Of a stretch of 64,000 nucleotides of DNA, positions 37,743 to 47,265 are shown in pieces. The first letter of the stretch is position 1. Every line of letters begins with the position of its first letter. The stretch is from Candidatus Culexarchaeum nevadense (GTDB lineage: Archaea > Thermoproteota > Methanomethylicia > Culexarchaeales > Culexarchaeaceae): assembly GCA_025060975.1 (NCBI GenBank), contig JANZKA010000002.1:5629-69628 (forward strand), written 5' to 3'. A model generated the notes under the pieces. That model did not search any database, had not been told where the DNA came from, and saw nothing but the letters and a program-made list of their open reading frames with translations. The position numbers and the translations under genes were made by a program.

Positions 37743-38921
37743 TTAAATTTCAATACCCCATTTTTCAGATATCTTTTTAAGGTTTCTGAAAGCCATCCTT
37801 TTTTCCTCTTCATCTCTTTTTATGGCTTCCACTATGCTTTTCAATTCGAATATTACCTCATCATAATGCTTCCTAGATATTGGATATGGAATTCCATCTT
37901 TCCCTCCCACGGCATAAGACCACTTTACTGGATCGTATATATGTGTTACCGGATCTCTTTTTGATGGAGGTTCATTATATATCAGTTCTGAGATTAATGA
38001 TAGGGCTCTAATGGTCTTTGGACCTATACCTGGATGTAATAGGAGGTTCTTGAAATCTTCCACTTTAACACTGTATACTTCTTCAAGTTTACTCCAATCG
38101 ATCTTCCTTTCATCTATTGGTTTATATATTACGTATCTGTTGTCGCTCATAGTTCTATTAGTAACCGTGGATCTGTTTATCCATTTATCAATACCTTCAA
38201 TTTTACACAATATTCTGTTTGCTTCAGATAAGTATCTCTTTATTTTCGATGGCCCTTCATTAACTATATCCACTATGGTTTTCCTGACATTTGCACTTTC
38301 CCTATCTATTAGATTCAAAATTCTCTCCATCTTTATTTGGCATGATATTGCTTTATGTGGTTCTTCAACCATATCTCTTATATCCTCCGAGAACCAGTGG
38401 TATCTCCTTGCACATTTCAAGTCGGTGTTCATCCCCTGCTGTATTACACACCATTTCCCATCTTTAGATATCAGCATTGCATGATGATATATTGTGAATT
38501 CATCTTGTAATGCTACATTATCTACTTTTGCAGTTAACCTACTATTCTCTTCAAGTTTAGTTACATCTTCATCGTTCAACCCGAACTTGTTTGATATATT
38601 CTTTATGTCGTTAATGGTTTCAAGGCTCTTCCTACCTTTACCTCCAGCTAGTGCTAAATTTATTTCCACTCTATTTAGAGCTTCCCTTAAAACTCCACAT
38701 GTTACTGTAGTTGACCCTGAAGAGTGCCAATCGAATCCTAGAACATTGCTAAATGCTTGGAACCATAGTGGATTGCTTAATCTCTCCATTATCTTCAGTT
38801 CCCCAAATTCATTATACATTATTTCAAGTATTTCAGATGCCAATTTAACCATTCTTTGGAAAAGCCATCTTGGAGCTTTACCATAATGTAGTGGTAATTC
38901 TGCTATACCATATATTTCCAT
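37743..38921 (-). CDS. DUF763-family protein with helix-hairpin-helix motif
   Basis: N-terminal ELPLHYGKAPRWLFQRM.. and LGFDWHSSGSTT are characteristic of DUF763 from memory. HhH-like LLLHPGIGPKTIRALSLISELI at aa ~294-315. Confidence 0.7.
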   Translation of the reverse strand: MEIYGIAELPLHYGKAPRWLFQRMVKLASEILEIMYNEFGELKIMERLSNPLWFQAFSNVLGFDWHSSGSTTVTCGVLREALNRVEINLALAGGKGRKSLETINDIKNISNKFGLNDEDVTKLEENSRLTAKVDNVALQDEFTIYHHAMLISKDGKWCVIQQGMNTDLKCARRYHWFSEDIRDMVEEPHKAISCQIKMERILNLIDRESANVRKTIVDIVNEGPSKIKRYLSEANRILCKIEGIDKWINRSTVTNRTMSDNRYVIYKPIDERKIDWSKLEEVYSVKVEDFKNLLLHPGIGPKTIRALSLISELIYNEPPSKRDPVTHIYDPVKWSYAVGGKDGIPYPISRKHYDEVIFELKSIVEAIKRDEEEKRMAFRNLKKISEKWGIEI

Positions 38922-38969
38922 GGTGCATCAATTCCAGAATTCAATTAGAAATTAATGGTATTTTTAAAT

Positions 38970-39371
38970 TTAAATTTCTTCTTTCAATAATCCAATTAAC
39001 TCTTCTATTCTTCTTCTATTCTCTTCTAGCATAGCTTTCTTAAGTCTATCTTTTAAAGTTCTCTCTACCTTTAAAGTACTACCTTCAAGCATCTTTTCTA
39101 TCTTTTTACCTATCTCTTCCCCCTCTTCATCGAAGTCTGTTAGTATTGCAACTCTAAGTCCCATATATTTCGTGTTTAGAGATTCCATTAATGTTAATAA
39201 TGGTTTATGAGCATCTCCTAGGGCTATTATATTGGTTTTGCATCCAAGTTTTCTCAAGACATACTTGTCCCGTTTACCTTCAACTATTATTAGATCAACA
39301 TTTTCATCTAGCTTTTTAATTGCTTCAATTATTTCCATTCTCCTTTCGATGATCTTCCTTCTCTTCCCCAT
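38970..39371 (-). CDS. small Toprim-domain protein
   Basis: LIIVEGKRD (Toprim Glu) and AILTDFDEEGE (DxD). 133 aa. Its ATG immediately follows the moaB TAG. Confidence 0.65.
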   Translation of the reverse strand: MGKRRKIIERRMEIIEAIKKLDENVDLIIVEGKRDKYVLRKLGCKTNIIALGDAHKPLLTLMESLNTKYMGLRVAILTDFDEEGEEIGKKIEKMLEGSTLKVERTLKDRLKKAMLEENRRRIEELIGLLKEEI

Positions 39372-39902
39372 CTACCTTCCCCTTGCATGGAATATTATGT
39401 GGCGTAATTCTGGTAGTATCAGTCTTTCTAAGGCTATGGGTATGGCATTTGGTGATCCAGGTATCGCTACAAGTAATCTTCCATCTAGAATTCCAGCTAT
39501 AGCTCTAGACATTATCGCTGCGGACCCTATCTCCCTATAGCTTAACATCCTAAATATCTCTCCAAACCCTTCCATATTCTTCTCCACAATCTCCATTATC
39601 GCTTCATACGTTAAGTCTGTTTTACTTAACCCTGTTCCACCTATGAATATTATTGCATCATTGCCTTCCTCGATCTTCCTCTTTGCCTCCATTTGTATTA
39701 TTCTTTTATCATCTGGTATTATCTCTTTACATGTAACTGTATACCCATATTTTTCGATTATCCTTTTAGCCATTTCTCCAGATTCATCTTCAAAGGGTTC
39801 TCCACGAATCTTCCTTTCATATCTAGATGTGCTTACAATTATTATTGCAACTTTTATATCCTTCACTTCTTTCATCGCATTCTCCTTATGTTCGATGCTC
39901 AA
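39372..39902 (-). CDS. moaB: molybdenum cofactor biosynthesis protein B (MogA/MoaB family)
   Basis: FIGGTGLSKTD motif. 176 aa. Confidence 0.85.
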   Translation of the reverse strand: MSIEHKENAMKEVKDIKVAIIIVSTSRYERKIRGEPFEDESGEMAKRIIEKYGYTVTCKEIIPDDKRIIQMEAKRKIEEGNDAIIFIGGTGLSKTDLTYEAIMEIVEKNMEGFGEIFRMLSYREIGSAAIMSRAIAGILDGRLLVAIPGSPNAIPIALERLILPELRHIIFHARGR

Positions 39903-39909
39903 ATCCTCC

Positions 39910-40857
39910 TCACCCCCTATAGATTCTTGTTCCAGTTTTCCCCTCCAATGCTTCTGCAGCCTTTTCTAGTGATGTTATTATTGCCAATTCTCCACCCCAC
40001 TCTATAAATCTTATACAAGCTTGTATTTTTGGCCCCATACTTCCAGGTGGGAAATGTCCATCATCATAATACCTTTTAGCTTCTTCTATAGTCATTTCGT
40101 CTATGTCTACTTCATCTGGTTTTCCAAAATTCAATTTAACTTTTTCTACGTCGGTTAGTATTAGGAGTATGTCTGCATTTATTATTTCCGCCAGTTTTTC
40201 ACTTGCTAAGTCTTTGTCTATGACTGCTTCCACGCCAGTGTACTCATCATTTTCTAAGGTTACAGGTATTCCTCCTCCCCCAGATGCTATTACTATTACT
40301 CCTTCATCTACAAGCTTTTTTATCACTTTACCTTCAAGTATCCTTATAGGTTCTGGGGATGGGACAACCCTCCTGTAAGTCTTCCCTTCTCCAACTTTGA
40401 CTTTCCTCATGATCATCCCCATACGAATCTTCTCTTCGGCTTCTTTTTCATTGTAGAATGGTCCTATTGGTTTTGTTGGATTTTTGAATGCAGGGTCATT
40501 TTTATCTACTTCTACTTGTGTTATTATTGTTGCAACCTCTCTCTTTATCCCCCTTTTCTTGAATATATTCTTCAAAGTTCTTTGTATAAGGTATCCTATA
40601 TGTCCTTGCGTCATAGCTCCTAGGACGTCTAGAGGTTGGGGTGGCACTTCTTTTGCTGCTGCTTCTTGTTGTATTAGTAGATTCCCAATTTGCGGTCCAT
40701 TTCCATGTGTTATCACTATATCGTATCCCATTTCTATTATTTTTGCAAGTTCTATGCATGTTTTATAGATGTTCCTTAATTGTTCTTCATATGTACCCAA
40801 TTCTTCTGCTCTCTTTATTGCATTTCCACCAAGTGCCACTAATACCCTTTTATGCAT
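39910..40857 (-). CDS. arcC: carbamate kinase
   Basis: VLVALGGNAI and ITHGNGPQIG. 315 aa. Confidence 0.9.
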   Translation of the reverse strand: MHKRVLVALGGNAIKRAEELGTYEEQLRNIYKTCIELAKIIEMGYDIVITHGNGPQIGNLLIQQEAAAKEVPPQPLDVLGAMTQGHIGYLIQRTLKNIFKKRGIKREVATIITQVEVDKNDPAFKNPTKPIGPFYNEKEAEEKIRMGMIMRKVKVGEGKTYRRVVPSPEPIRILEGKVIKKLVDEGVIVIASGGGGIPVTLENDEYTGVEAVIDKDLASEKLAEIINADILLILTDVEKVKLNFGKPDEVDIDEMTIEEAKRYYDDGHFPPGSMGPKIQACIRFIEWGGELAIITSLEKAAEALEGKTGTRIYRG

Positions 40858-40920
40858 TCCATGCCCCCTCGCTGTTGAGACAAATCATTTATCTTATTTC
40901 TAACTATATATATTGTTGGT

Positions 40921-41253
40921 TTGGTGATTTATTTGCAAAAGGTTAGTTATGGTTTAATTGCCTTTGTAATAGCTTTAATCTATTTTGGGATGATCTTCAT
41001 ACTATTTTACCTTGGATTTCAAATCGGAATGCTAGATGCATTGTCTGGATTTCTCCTATCTCTATCTATTTGGACTTTAACTTATGGTTTGAAGTTTGCA
41101 TCTGGGGATCGTTTCTGGATTGTTAATGGGTTCGTTTTAATGTTTTTCTCTGCCAGCATGCTAGTTTTCTCTCTTACTGGTTCAGGTTTATTATCCATTG
41201 GGGTTTTATTGTTTTGTATTGGAATATTTGGGCTTATTATGGTTTTAACGTGA
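40921..41253 (+). CDS. hypothetical small membrane protein (about 4 TM)
   Basis: 110-aa ORF made almost entirely of hydrophobic helices separated by short polar loops. TTG start. No family recognised. Confidence 0.4.
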   Translation: MVIYLQKVSYGLIAFVIALIYFGMIFILFYLGFQIGMLDALSGFLLSLSIWTLTYGLKFASGDRFWIVNGFVLMFFSASMLVFSLTGSGLLSIGVLLFCIGIFGLIMVLT

Positions 41254-42228
41254 TCACATTAATTCAATAGTCCTTTTCACAACATCTTCAACTTCTTTCA
41301 GAATCTTCCTTTTCAATGTTAGGTAGTTTATGATTTTACTCTTCCATGATAACTTCATTCTGAAACCACATGCGAAGGGATGTCCTCCACCACTAAATTC
41401 TTCTGCTATCTTCAATAAGTTTATGTTTTTAGATTTGTTTCCGATGTATAGTGAAATTGCATCATCCCTTCTCCAGACTATAGTGAAGTCTAAATTGAAT
41501 TTTTCAGAAATTCTTTTAGCAAGCCAGCTTTTCGGTGTTTCAGCCCACCTTAAGTCAATTAATCCAAATTTCAATCCACTTTTTGTCTCATATATCTTAG
41601 TCTTCTTATGTGCTTCATTGATGTCACGTTCAGTTATCCTTTTCACTTTTTCAGCTTCCCTCGAGATTTCTTCATCCCAGAATATGCCATTTGAGAATTT
41701 CATTATAAGCTTCTCTTTCCACCCATTTTTAAAGCTTAATGCTCTTAGTATAAAGCTTTCATTGAATTTGTCTATTAATGCGTCAATGTCGTCTGCATAT
41801 TCAGCTATCTTCCTAGATATATCATCTTCTTTCATGAATTTTTCGTAGACTATCCTTGCAGCACTTAGAGTTTTTTCCACTATTATTAATTCCACTGATT
41901 TCATGATTTCATTTATATCTTCAATGCTCCACTGGTGGTGATCTATCCATATTATTCTTTTCCCTTCACTGTTAAGTTTTTTTATTATTCCCTTTGTGTT
42001 TTCAGAATTTTTTATGTTTATGGATATATCTGTTATATATATTGTTTTCACATTGCTGTTTATCAGTTTCTTTAGTTTCTCTGGTAGTGCTGATGGACCT
42101 GTGAATATTAATTCTATATTTTCGTTTTTAACATTCATTTTTATTCTTAGGTATCTTAGCAATATGGCTGCGGAGGCTATTCCATCTATGTCGCCATGGG
42201 TTAGTATTACGATATCCTTCATCTTCAT
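41254..42228 (-). CDS. DHH/DHHA1-family phosphoesterase (NrnA-like)
   Basis: ILTHGDIDGIASAAIL, WIDHHQW (DHH) and SGGGHPFACG (DHHA1 GGGH). Confidence 0.8.
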   Translation of the reverse strand: MKMKDIVILTHGDIDGIASAAILLRYLRIKMNVKNENIELIFTGPSALPEKLKKLINSNVKTIYITDISINIKNSENTKGIIKKLNSEGKRIIWIDHHQWSIEDINEIMKSVELIIVEKTLSAARIVYEKFMKEDDISRKIAEYADDIDALIDKFNESFILRALSFKNGWKEKLIMKFSNGIFWDEEISREAEKVKRITERDINEAHKKTKIYETKSGLKFGLIDLRWAETPKSWLAKRISEKFNLDFTIVWRRDDAISLYIGNKSKNINLLKIAEEFSGGGHPFACGFRMKLSWKSKIINYLTLKRKILKEVEDVVKRTIELM

Positions 42229-42281
42229 CCCTTACTTCTTTGCGCATTGAATTGATTGTTTAATTTATAGTTGGATATCCT

Positions 42282-42455
42282 TCATTTATATCTTCTTCTG
42301 ACACCTCTCATCATTGAGCTTACTCCAATTATCAATATGCTAGCTCCACCTACTATTACTAATGCTATCCCTATTTCTTGCTCTAATGTTAACAGTATTA
42401 TTCCTAGGAATAGTATCAGCATTGATATTACTTGCAATATTGTTCTTTCATTCAT
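42282..42455 (-). CDS. 57-aa two-helix membrane microprotein (not in the ORF track)
   Basis: Hand translation gives MNERTILQVISMLILFLGIILLTLEQEIGIALVIVGGASILIIGVSSMMRGVRRRYK*. Its ATG overlaps the TGA of the upstream exonuclease gene (ATGA at 42455-42452). Confidence 0.4.
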   Translation of the reverse strand: MNERTILQVISMLILFLGIILLTLEQEIGIALVIVGGASILIIGVSSMMRGVRRRYK

Positions 42456-43030
42456 GTGCATTCCTCCATTACATTTCTCAATTCAATGCTTTTCACTACA
42501 TCCACTATCTTCCTCATCTTATCATATATCTTTTTAAGTGCTTGTAGATCGTCATAGCAGTGTTCTATTATGAGTTTCATGGCTTCTTGATCTCCAGCTA
42601 TTGCTTTCATGTAGTATGGTGGCATATCCCTCCCCTTTAATTCAACCTTCTTTGGTATACCCATATACTTTGCCACTGCATCTAGGCTGTATTCGCTTAG
42701 TTTGAGTAGTTTCTTTGCGTATCTGTATAGGTCTATGTGTTCTTTTAGAATTATTGGTGTTGGATCTATGTCGTGTATGATGGCTCTGGCTATGAGCATT
42801 GGTATGTCAAATGCAATTCCATTCCATGTTACTATTATTGTGGCGTTTGATAATTCATCGATGCTCTTTCTTATGAGTTCAGCTTCCCCTTCTATAACGC
42901 TTCCCTTCAGGAACTCATGGCTCCATTTTCCATCATCCCACATTATTCCAACTCCAACTATGAATCCACTGTCTGCTGTTAGTGATGTTGATTCAATATC
43001 CAAGAATGCTATTCTTCCTTTTTCGTTCAT
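42452..43030 (-). CDS. RNase H-like fold 3'-5' exonuclease (YprB/PolB-exo-like)
   Basis: DEDD-type motifs: AFLDIESTS, VTWNGIAFDIP, HCYDDLQAL. 192 aa. Confidence 0.65.
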   Translation of the reverse strand: MNEKGRIAFLDIESTSLTADSGFIVGVGIMWDDGKWSHEFLKGSVIEGEAELIRKSIDELSNATIIVTWNGIAFDIPMLIARAIIHDIDPTPIILKEHIDLYRYAKKLLKLSEYSLDAVAKYMGIPKKVELKGRDMPPYYMKAIAGDQEAMKLIIEHCYDDLQALKKIYDKMRKIVDVVKSIELRNVMEECT

Positions 43031-43073
43031 GACTAAAATTATCTTCCTCCTTGTTTATCTCATTTTCCATTAC

Positions 43074-44162
43074 TCATATTTCATGTTCAAAGTATTTATG
43101 TAGTTTGTTGATGTTTTCCATGCGCTTCCTATTATGTTCTTCCACGTATCCAATTAATGTTTTTATTAGTATGTTTTTGCATTCGCCACAGAGTATCTCC
43201 CCATTTCTACATTTCCAGTAATGTTCTTCAACTTCTTTTACGTCTTTAAAGTGGAATACTGAGAGCCACTCATAGACTACACATTTCTCGGTTTCTCCTC
43301 CAAGCTTCTTCTGCTCCTCCACAGTTGCTCTTCCACCTGTGAATGCTGCCCAAACTTTGTTTCTTATAATTTTTGGTGTGTCAGTTATGAATATGGATGT
43401 TTCCGGTTTTGAGGCTGACATAGGTTCACCTGTTAGTCCTCTGATAAACTTTATGTATAGTGATGCTGGTTTGAATACCCTCAATTTTCCAGCTATATCT
43501 CTGCTAAGTCTCATGTATGGGTCTTGATCCATACCTATTGGAACTACCACTGGGTATCCATACATGACTGTTGGTCCAAGTATGTGTGCTGCTTGTGTTG
43601 CTGCATAGAATACTTCCCCTATATTTACTTCATCTGTGAATCCGAATGTTGCTTTCACAGTGTTGTATGTTAAGTGTTTTGAGAAGCTTACTGCAAGTCT
43701 ATAAACCCATCCACTTCTAGTTGATACATATAGTTTTGTATCTTCCTCCTTGAATCCTAGTGATATTATGCTTAGTGCATTGCTGAGAGCGTATTTGTAT
43801 GCTACATCTAAGTTTTCCACTTTCTGGAATACGTATTTCTCATCATCTGATAGTGGTATGAATACTTTTGCATTCAATTCTTCTTGTAAGTATTTTATGA
43901 ATTCGAATAGGACTAGGTGGCCCATATGAAGTTCTTCTGATGGTCCTCTACCTGAAACTATGGCTAGGGTTTTACCTGTCTTTCCTTCCTCTAGGTATTT
44001 GTCGAAGTCTCTGTGTGCAAATACTATTTTGAGTTGTATGAATTTATGTTTGTTTTTGAATTTTTCAGCTAATTCTTCTTCAAACTTTTTTGCTCCAAAT
44101 ATTTCTATGAGCTTATCGTAATCTGAGCTTTTCTCAGTGCTCTTTGGTATGCCAAACGCCAT
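43074..44162 (-). CDS. trpS: tryptophanyl-tRNA synthetase
   Basis: SGRGPSEELHMGH (HIGH), PMSASKP (KMSAS variant typical of TrpRS), and C-terminal ..ILCGECKNIL.. as in archaeal/eukaryal TrpRS. Confidence 0.85.
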   Translation of the reverse strand: MAFGIPKSTEKSSDYDKLIEIFGAKKFEEELAEKFKNKHKFIQLKIVFAHRDFDKYLEEGKTGKTLAIVSGRGPSEELHMGHLVLFEFIKYLQEELNAKVFIPLSDDEKYVFQKVENLDVAYKYALSNALSIISLGFKEEDTKLYVSTRSGWVYRLAVSFSKHLTYNTVKATFGFTDEVNIGEVFYAATQAAHILGPTVMYGYPVVVPIGMDQDPYMRLSRDIAGKLRVFKPASLYIKFIRGLTGEPMSASKPETSIFITDTPKIIRNKVWAAFTGGRATVEEQKKLGGETEKCVVYEWLSVFHFKDVKEVEEHYWKCRNGEILCGECKNILIKTLIGYVEEHNRKRMENINKLHKYFEHEI

Positions 44163-44230
44163 CCCTCATATTCATCATGGATACTTATATTTAATGTTAA
44201 ACTTTTATACTTTATTTTGGTGGCATATGA

Positions 44231-45160
44231 TTGAGAGTTGCCTACGCTTTTTCACCAGCATCTATCTCCAGCTTCTTCTCCCCGTATATTGTTGATAATC
44301 CATTGGAGTGTGGGGCTATTGGTGGAGGTTTCCCTCTCAATGTTGGGGTTAGAGTTTCAGTTAGAGTTGAAAATTCCGATAATGGCTTCTCCCTAGTATC
44401 TAAGGTTAATGGTAGGGTTTTTGATTCATTTATTGTAAGTAAGGTTTTAGAGCTTCTTGGAGTGATCGATGTTAATTACCGTATTGAGGTAGATCAATTT
44501 ATAGATGTGCCTGTGGGGTGTGGTTATGGAACTAGTGGTGCCAGTGCTATTGCTGTAACTATGGCTTTATGTAGAGCTTTAGGGTTTAAAAAGACTTTCA
44601 TTGAGATGGCTAGGATAGCACATCTCGTGGATTATTATTGTGGTACTGGTTTAGGGACTGTTAGTGGTATTTGTGGTGGTGTTGGTGGAGTGAGAATTAT
44701 TGTTAAGCCTGGAGGTCCTGGGTATGCTGTTGTGGATAAAATATTCATACCTAACGATTGCTATATAGTTTCAGTGGCCTTTAATCCAATTGATAAGAGG
44801 AGGCTTCTTAAGGATAGAAGTTTCCTCAGTTTTATAGAAGTTCTTGGTAAACGTGTGCTTAATGAAGTTTTAAGGGATCCCTCTTTAGAGGTCTTCTTCA
44901 AATGTTGTAGAGATTTTGCTTTGAAATCCGGTTTAATGACCGTTAAAGTTAAATCTTTATTGGATATTCTGGATTCTGCTGGTTTCAATTTAGCTACTCA
45001 AAACATGATTGGTGAAGCTGTTCACATTCTCGTTTACAAGGAGGATTTGGGTAGAGTTAGAGATATACTTAAGTTTCACCTTGGAGATGATGGTATTGTG
45101 ATTGTTGCTGGAGTTGAGGATCGTGGTCCAAGATATTTAGATGGGTTAACGGTGTCGTAG
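44231..45160 (+). CDS. GHMP-family kinase, pantoate-kinase-like
   Basis: GHMP motif VPVGCGYGTSGASAIAV. N-terminus AFSPASISSFFSP..GAIGGGF resembles archaeal pantoate kinase. TTG start preceded by GGTGG. Confidence 0.6.
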   Translation: MRVAYAFSPASISSFFSPYIVDNPLECGAIGGGFPLNVGVRVSVRVENSDNGFSLVSKVNGRVFDSFIVSKVLELLGVIDVNYRIEVDQFIDVPVGCGYGTSGASAIAVTMALCRALGFKKTFIEMARIAHLVDYYCGTGLGTVSGICGGVGGVRIIVKPGGPGYAVVDKIFIPNDCYIVSVAFNPIDKRRLLKDRSFLSFIEVLGKRVLNEVLRDPSLEVFFKCCRDFALKSGLMTVKVKSLLDILDSAGFNLATQNMIGEAVHILVYKEDLGRVRDILKFHLGDDGIVIVAGVEDRGPRYLDGLTVS

Positions 45161-45162
45161 CC

Positions 45163-46458
45163 TTGGATTTAGGGGTGGGTTTAAGATTCGTTGATTTGAA
45201 GGTTAATGAAACACTTTGGATAGCTGGACCAGCTAGGATACTTGTATATAGCGGGGTTGTTGAGGTTTTTGGAGCTAGGATTGTTAAGGGGGAGTCTATA
45301 ATTGTTAAGCGTTTTAAGTCCATTTACTTGAAGGCTTTAAGTGATTGTAGAGTTGGAATTTCTAGTGGAGCTTATATTATGGCTGTTGAGGATGATGGTA
45401 TACCGGATGATTGGCGTAAATTGGTTTCGGAGATATCTAATATTAAGGGTAAAATTATGGTTTTGGGTGGTTTAGATTCTGGGAAGAATACTCTTGTAAC
45501 ATTTCTTTCCAATAATCTTTTCAGTTTTGGTTTTAATGTTGGAGTTTTAGATGCTGATGTTGGTCAAAATGAGTTGGGTCCACCAACGACAATGGCTCTT
45601 GGTCTTGTTAAACGCTCGATTTCTTCATTGGATCAGTTGGATGCTATTGGATACGTTTTTGTTGGTTCAACTTCCCCTGCCAATGTTCGTGGTAGAGTTT
45701 TTAATGGTCTGAGGAAGCTTATGGATTTATCTAGCAAGTTTAAGTTGGATTACCTCATAATAAATACTACTGGATGGATATCTAATGGTGGAGTTGACTT
45801 CAAACTAGAGAAGATTAAACTCATTAAACCTGAAGTGTTAATAGGAATTGAGCGTAGTGGTGAGCTTGAACCAATATTATCCTCGATTAACGTGGATTGC
45901 AAAGTTTTTAGAGTTCCATCTTCCAGGAGGGTTAGGGTTAGGGATAGACTTGATAGGAAAAGTATTAGGCAAATGAATTATGCCAAGTGGTTTGATGGTG
46001 CCTTGAACAGAAAGGTTTCAATTGATGATTTCATTGGATTTGAGCCTAACATCTTTCAAGGTTCTCCTATGAATGATTCTGAAATTGATTTTATTAGTAA
46101 GATTTTGGGTGTTAAGGTTGCTTGTTCAATACGTAGGGGTGATGACATCATAATATTCCCATACTCCGATTTAGATGCTAATGAGGATGTTAGGAGAAGG
46201 GTTGTTGAAGAATTTAGTGTTAGAGGGTGTCAAATAATTCCTTTCACAAATTTAGTTCCGCTTTTGGTAGCCTTTGAAGATTTGAATGGAGTTTTTATGG
46301 GTCTAGGGATATTGACTAATATCGATTTTAGGAATAGGGTTCTTCAATTCTATACGAATGTAAATATTAGTAGGGGGGTTAAGGTTATTTTGGGTTTAAT
46401 TAGAATTAACCCAGTTAATTTTGATGAGATTGGTTATTCCAGAATACCTTTAACTTAA
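45163..46458 (+). CDS. Clp1/Grc3-family polynucleotide 5'-hydroxyl kinase
   Basis: P-loop VLGGLDSGKNTL followed by LDADVGQNELGPP, the Clp1 signature. Starts 2 nt after the upstream gene's stop. Confidence 0.8.
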   Translation: MDLGVGLRFVDLKVNETLWIAGPARILVYSGVVEVFGARIVKGESIIVKRFKSIYLKALSDCRVGISSGAYIMAVEDDGIPDDWRKLVSEISNIKGKIMVLGGLDSGKNTLVTFLSNNLFSFGFNVGVLDADVGQNELGPPTTMALGLVKRSISSLDQLDAIGYVFVGSTSPANVRGRVFNGLRKLMDLSSKFKLDYLIINTTGWISNGGVDFKLEKIKLIKPEVLIGIERSGELEPILSSINVDCKVFRVPSSRRVRVRDRLDRKSIRQMNYAKWFDGALNRKVSIDDFIGFEPNIFQGSPMNDSEIDFISKILGVKVACSIRRGDDIIIFPYSDLDANEDVRRRVVEEFSVRGCQIIPFTNLVPLLVAFEDLNGVFMGLGILTNIDFRNRVLQFYTNVNISRGVKVILGLIRINPVNFDEIGYSRIPLT

Positions 46459-46520
46459 ATTTAGCATGGTAGTAATGGTTAGCTTTTTATTTAATTGCTC
46501 ACATTTCTATTCTGATTTAA

Positions 46521-47258
46521 ATGACCATTAAACTCTATCTTGAAGACTCATATATTAGGAGTTTTGAAGCCAGAGTTTATAGTTTGGAGAAGATTGATGA
46601 TTTATTCCGCATATATTTGGATAGAACTGCATTTTACCCAGTGAGTGGTGGTCAAGATCATGATACTGGGATTATAAGGGGTGGTGGGGGATCTTTTAAA
46701 GTTTTGCGTGTAGATGAGCTTGATGATGGTACTGTGGTTCATAGTGGCGTTCTTGAGGGGATTATCAATGTTGGGGATTATGTTGAAGGTGTTATAGATT
46801 GGGATAGAAGGTATAGATTGATGCGAATGCATACAGCTGCTCATATACTGATTCAATCAGTTAGGGGTATTTATGGTTTAAATGTGAAATGTGTTAGTGC
46901 AAGTAAGAAGGTTGATGGTGGCCACATGGATTTTTCTACTTCAATACAGAGGGATATGCTTAACAAAATTGAAGCTTTAGCTAACAATGTTGTTAATGAA
47001 AATAGGCCTGTCATTGTCCGATATATGGATTTAGAGGAGGCTGAATCATATATATCGAGGTTTGGGGAGTCCTTAGACTTGTATTTGAGGAAGCATGATG
47101 TTAGAGGACCTATTAGGATTGTTGAAGTTAAGGATTGGATAGCCATTCCTTGTGGTGGAACCCATGTGCGTAGTACTGGTGAAATTGGCTTTATAAAAAT
47201 TTTGAAGAGGGAGAGTAAGGGTAAAGGAGTTACTAGGATATATTTTGATGTGGCTTAG
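46521..47258 (+). CDS. alaX: alanyl-tRNA editing protein AlaX (AlaX-M type)
   Basis: HTAAHIL and CGGTHV zinc-binding motifs. 245 aa. Confidence 0.85.
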   Translation: MTIKLYLEDSYIRSFEARVYSLEKIDDLFRIYLDRTAFYPVSGGQDHDTGIIRGGGGSFKVLRVDELDDGTVVHSGVLEGIINVGDYVEGVIDWDRRYRLMRMHTAAHILIQSVRGIYGLNVKCVSASKKVDGGHMDFSTSIQRDMLNKIEALANNVVNENRPVIVRYMDLEEAESYISRFGESLDLYLRKHDVRGPIRIVEVKDWIAIPCGGTHVRSTGEIGFIKILKRESKGKGVTRIYFDVA

Positions 47259-47265
47259 TTTGGAT

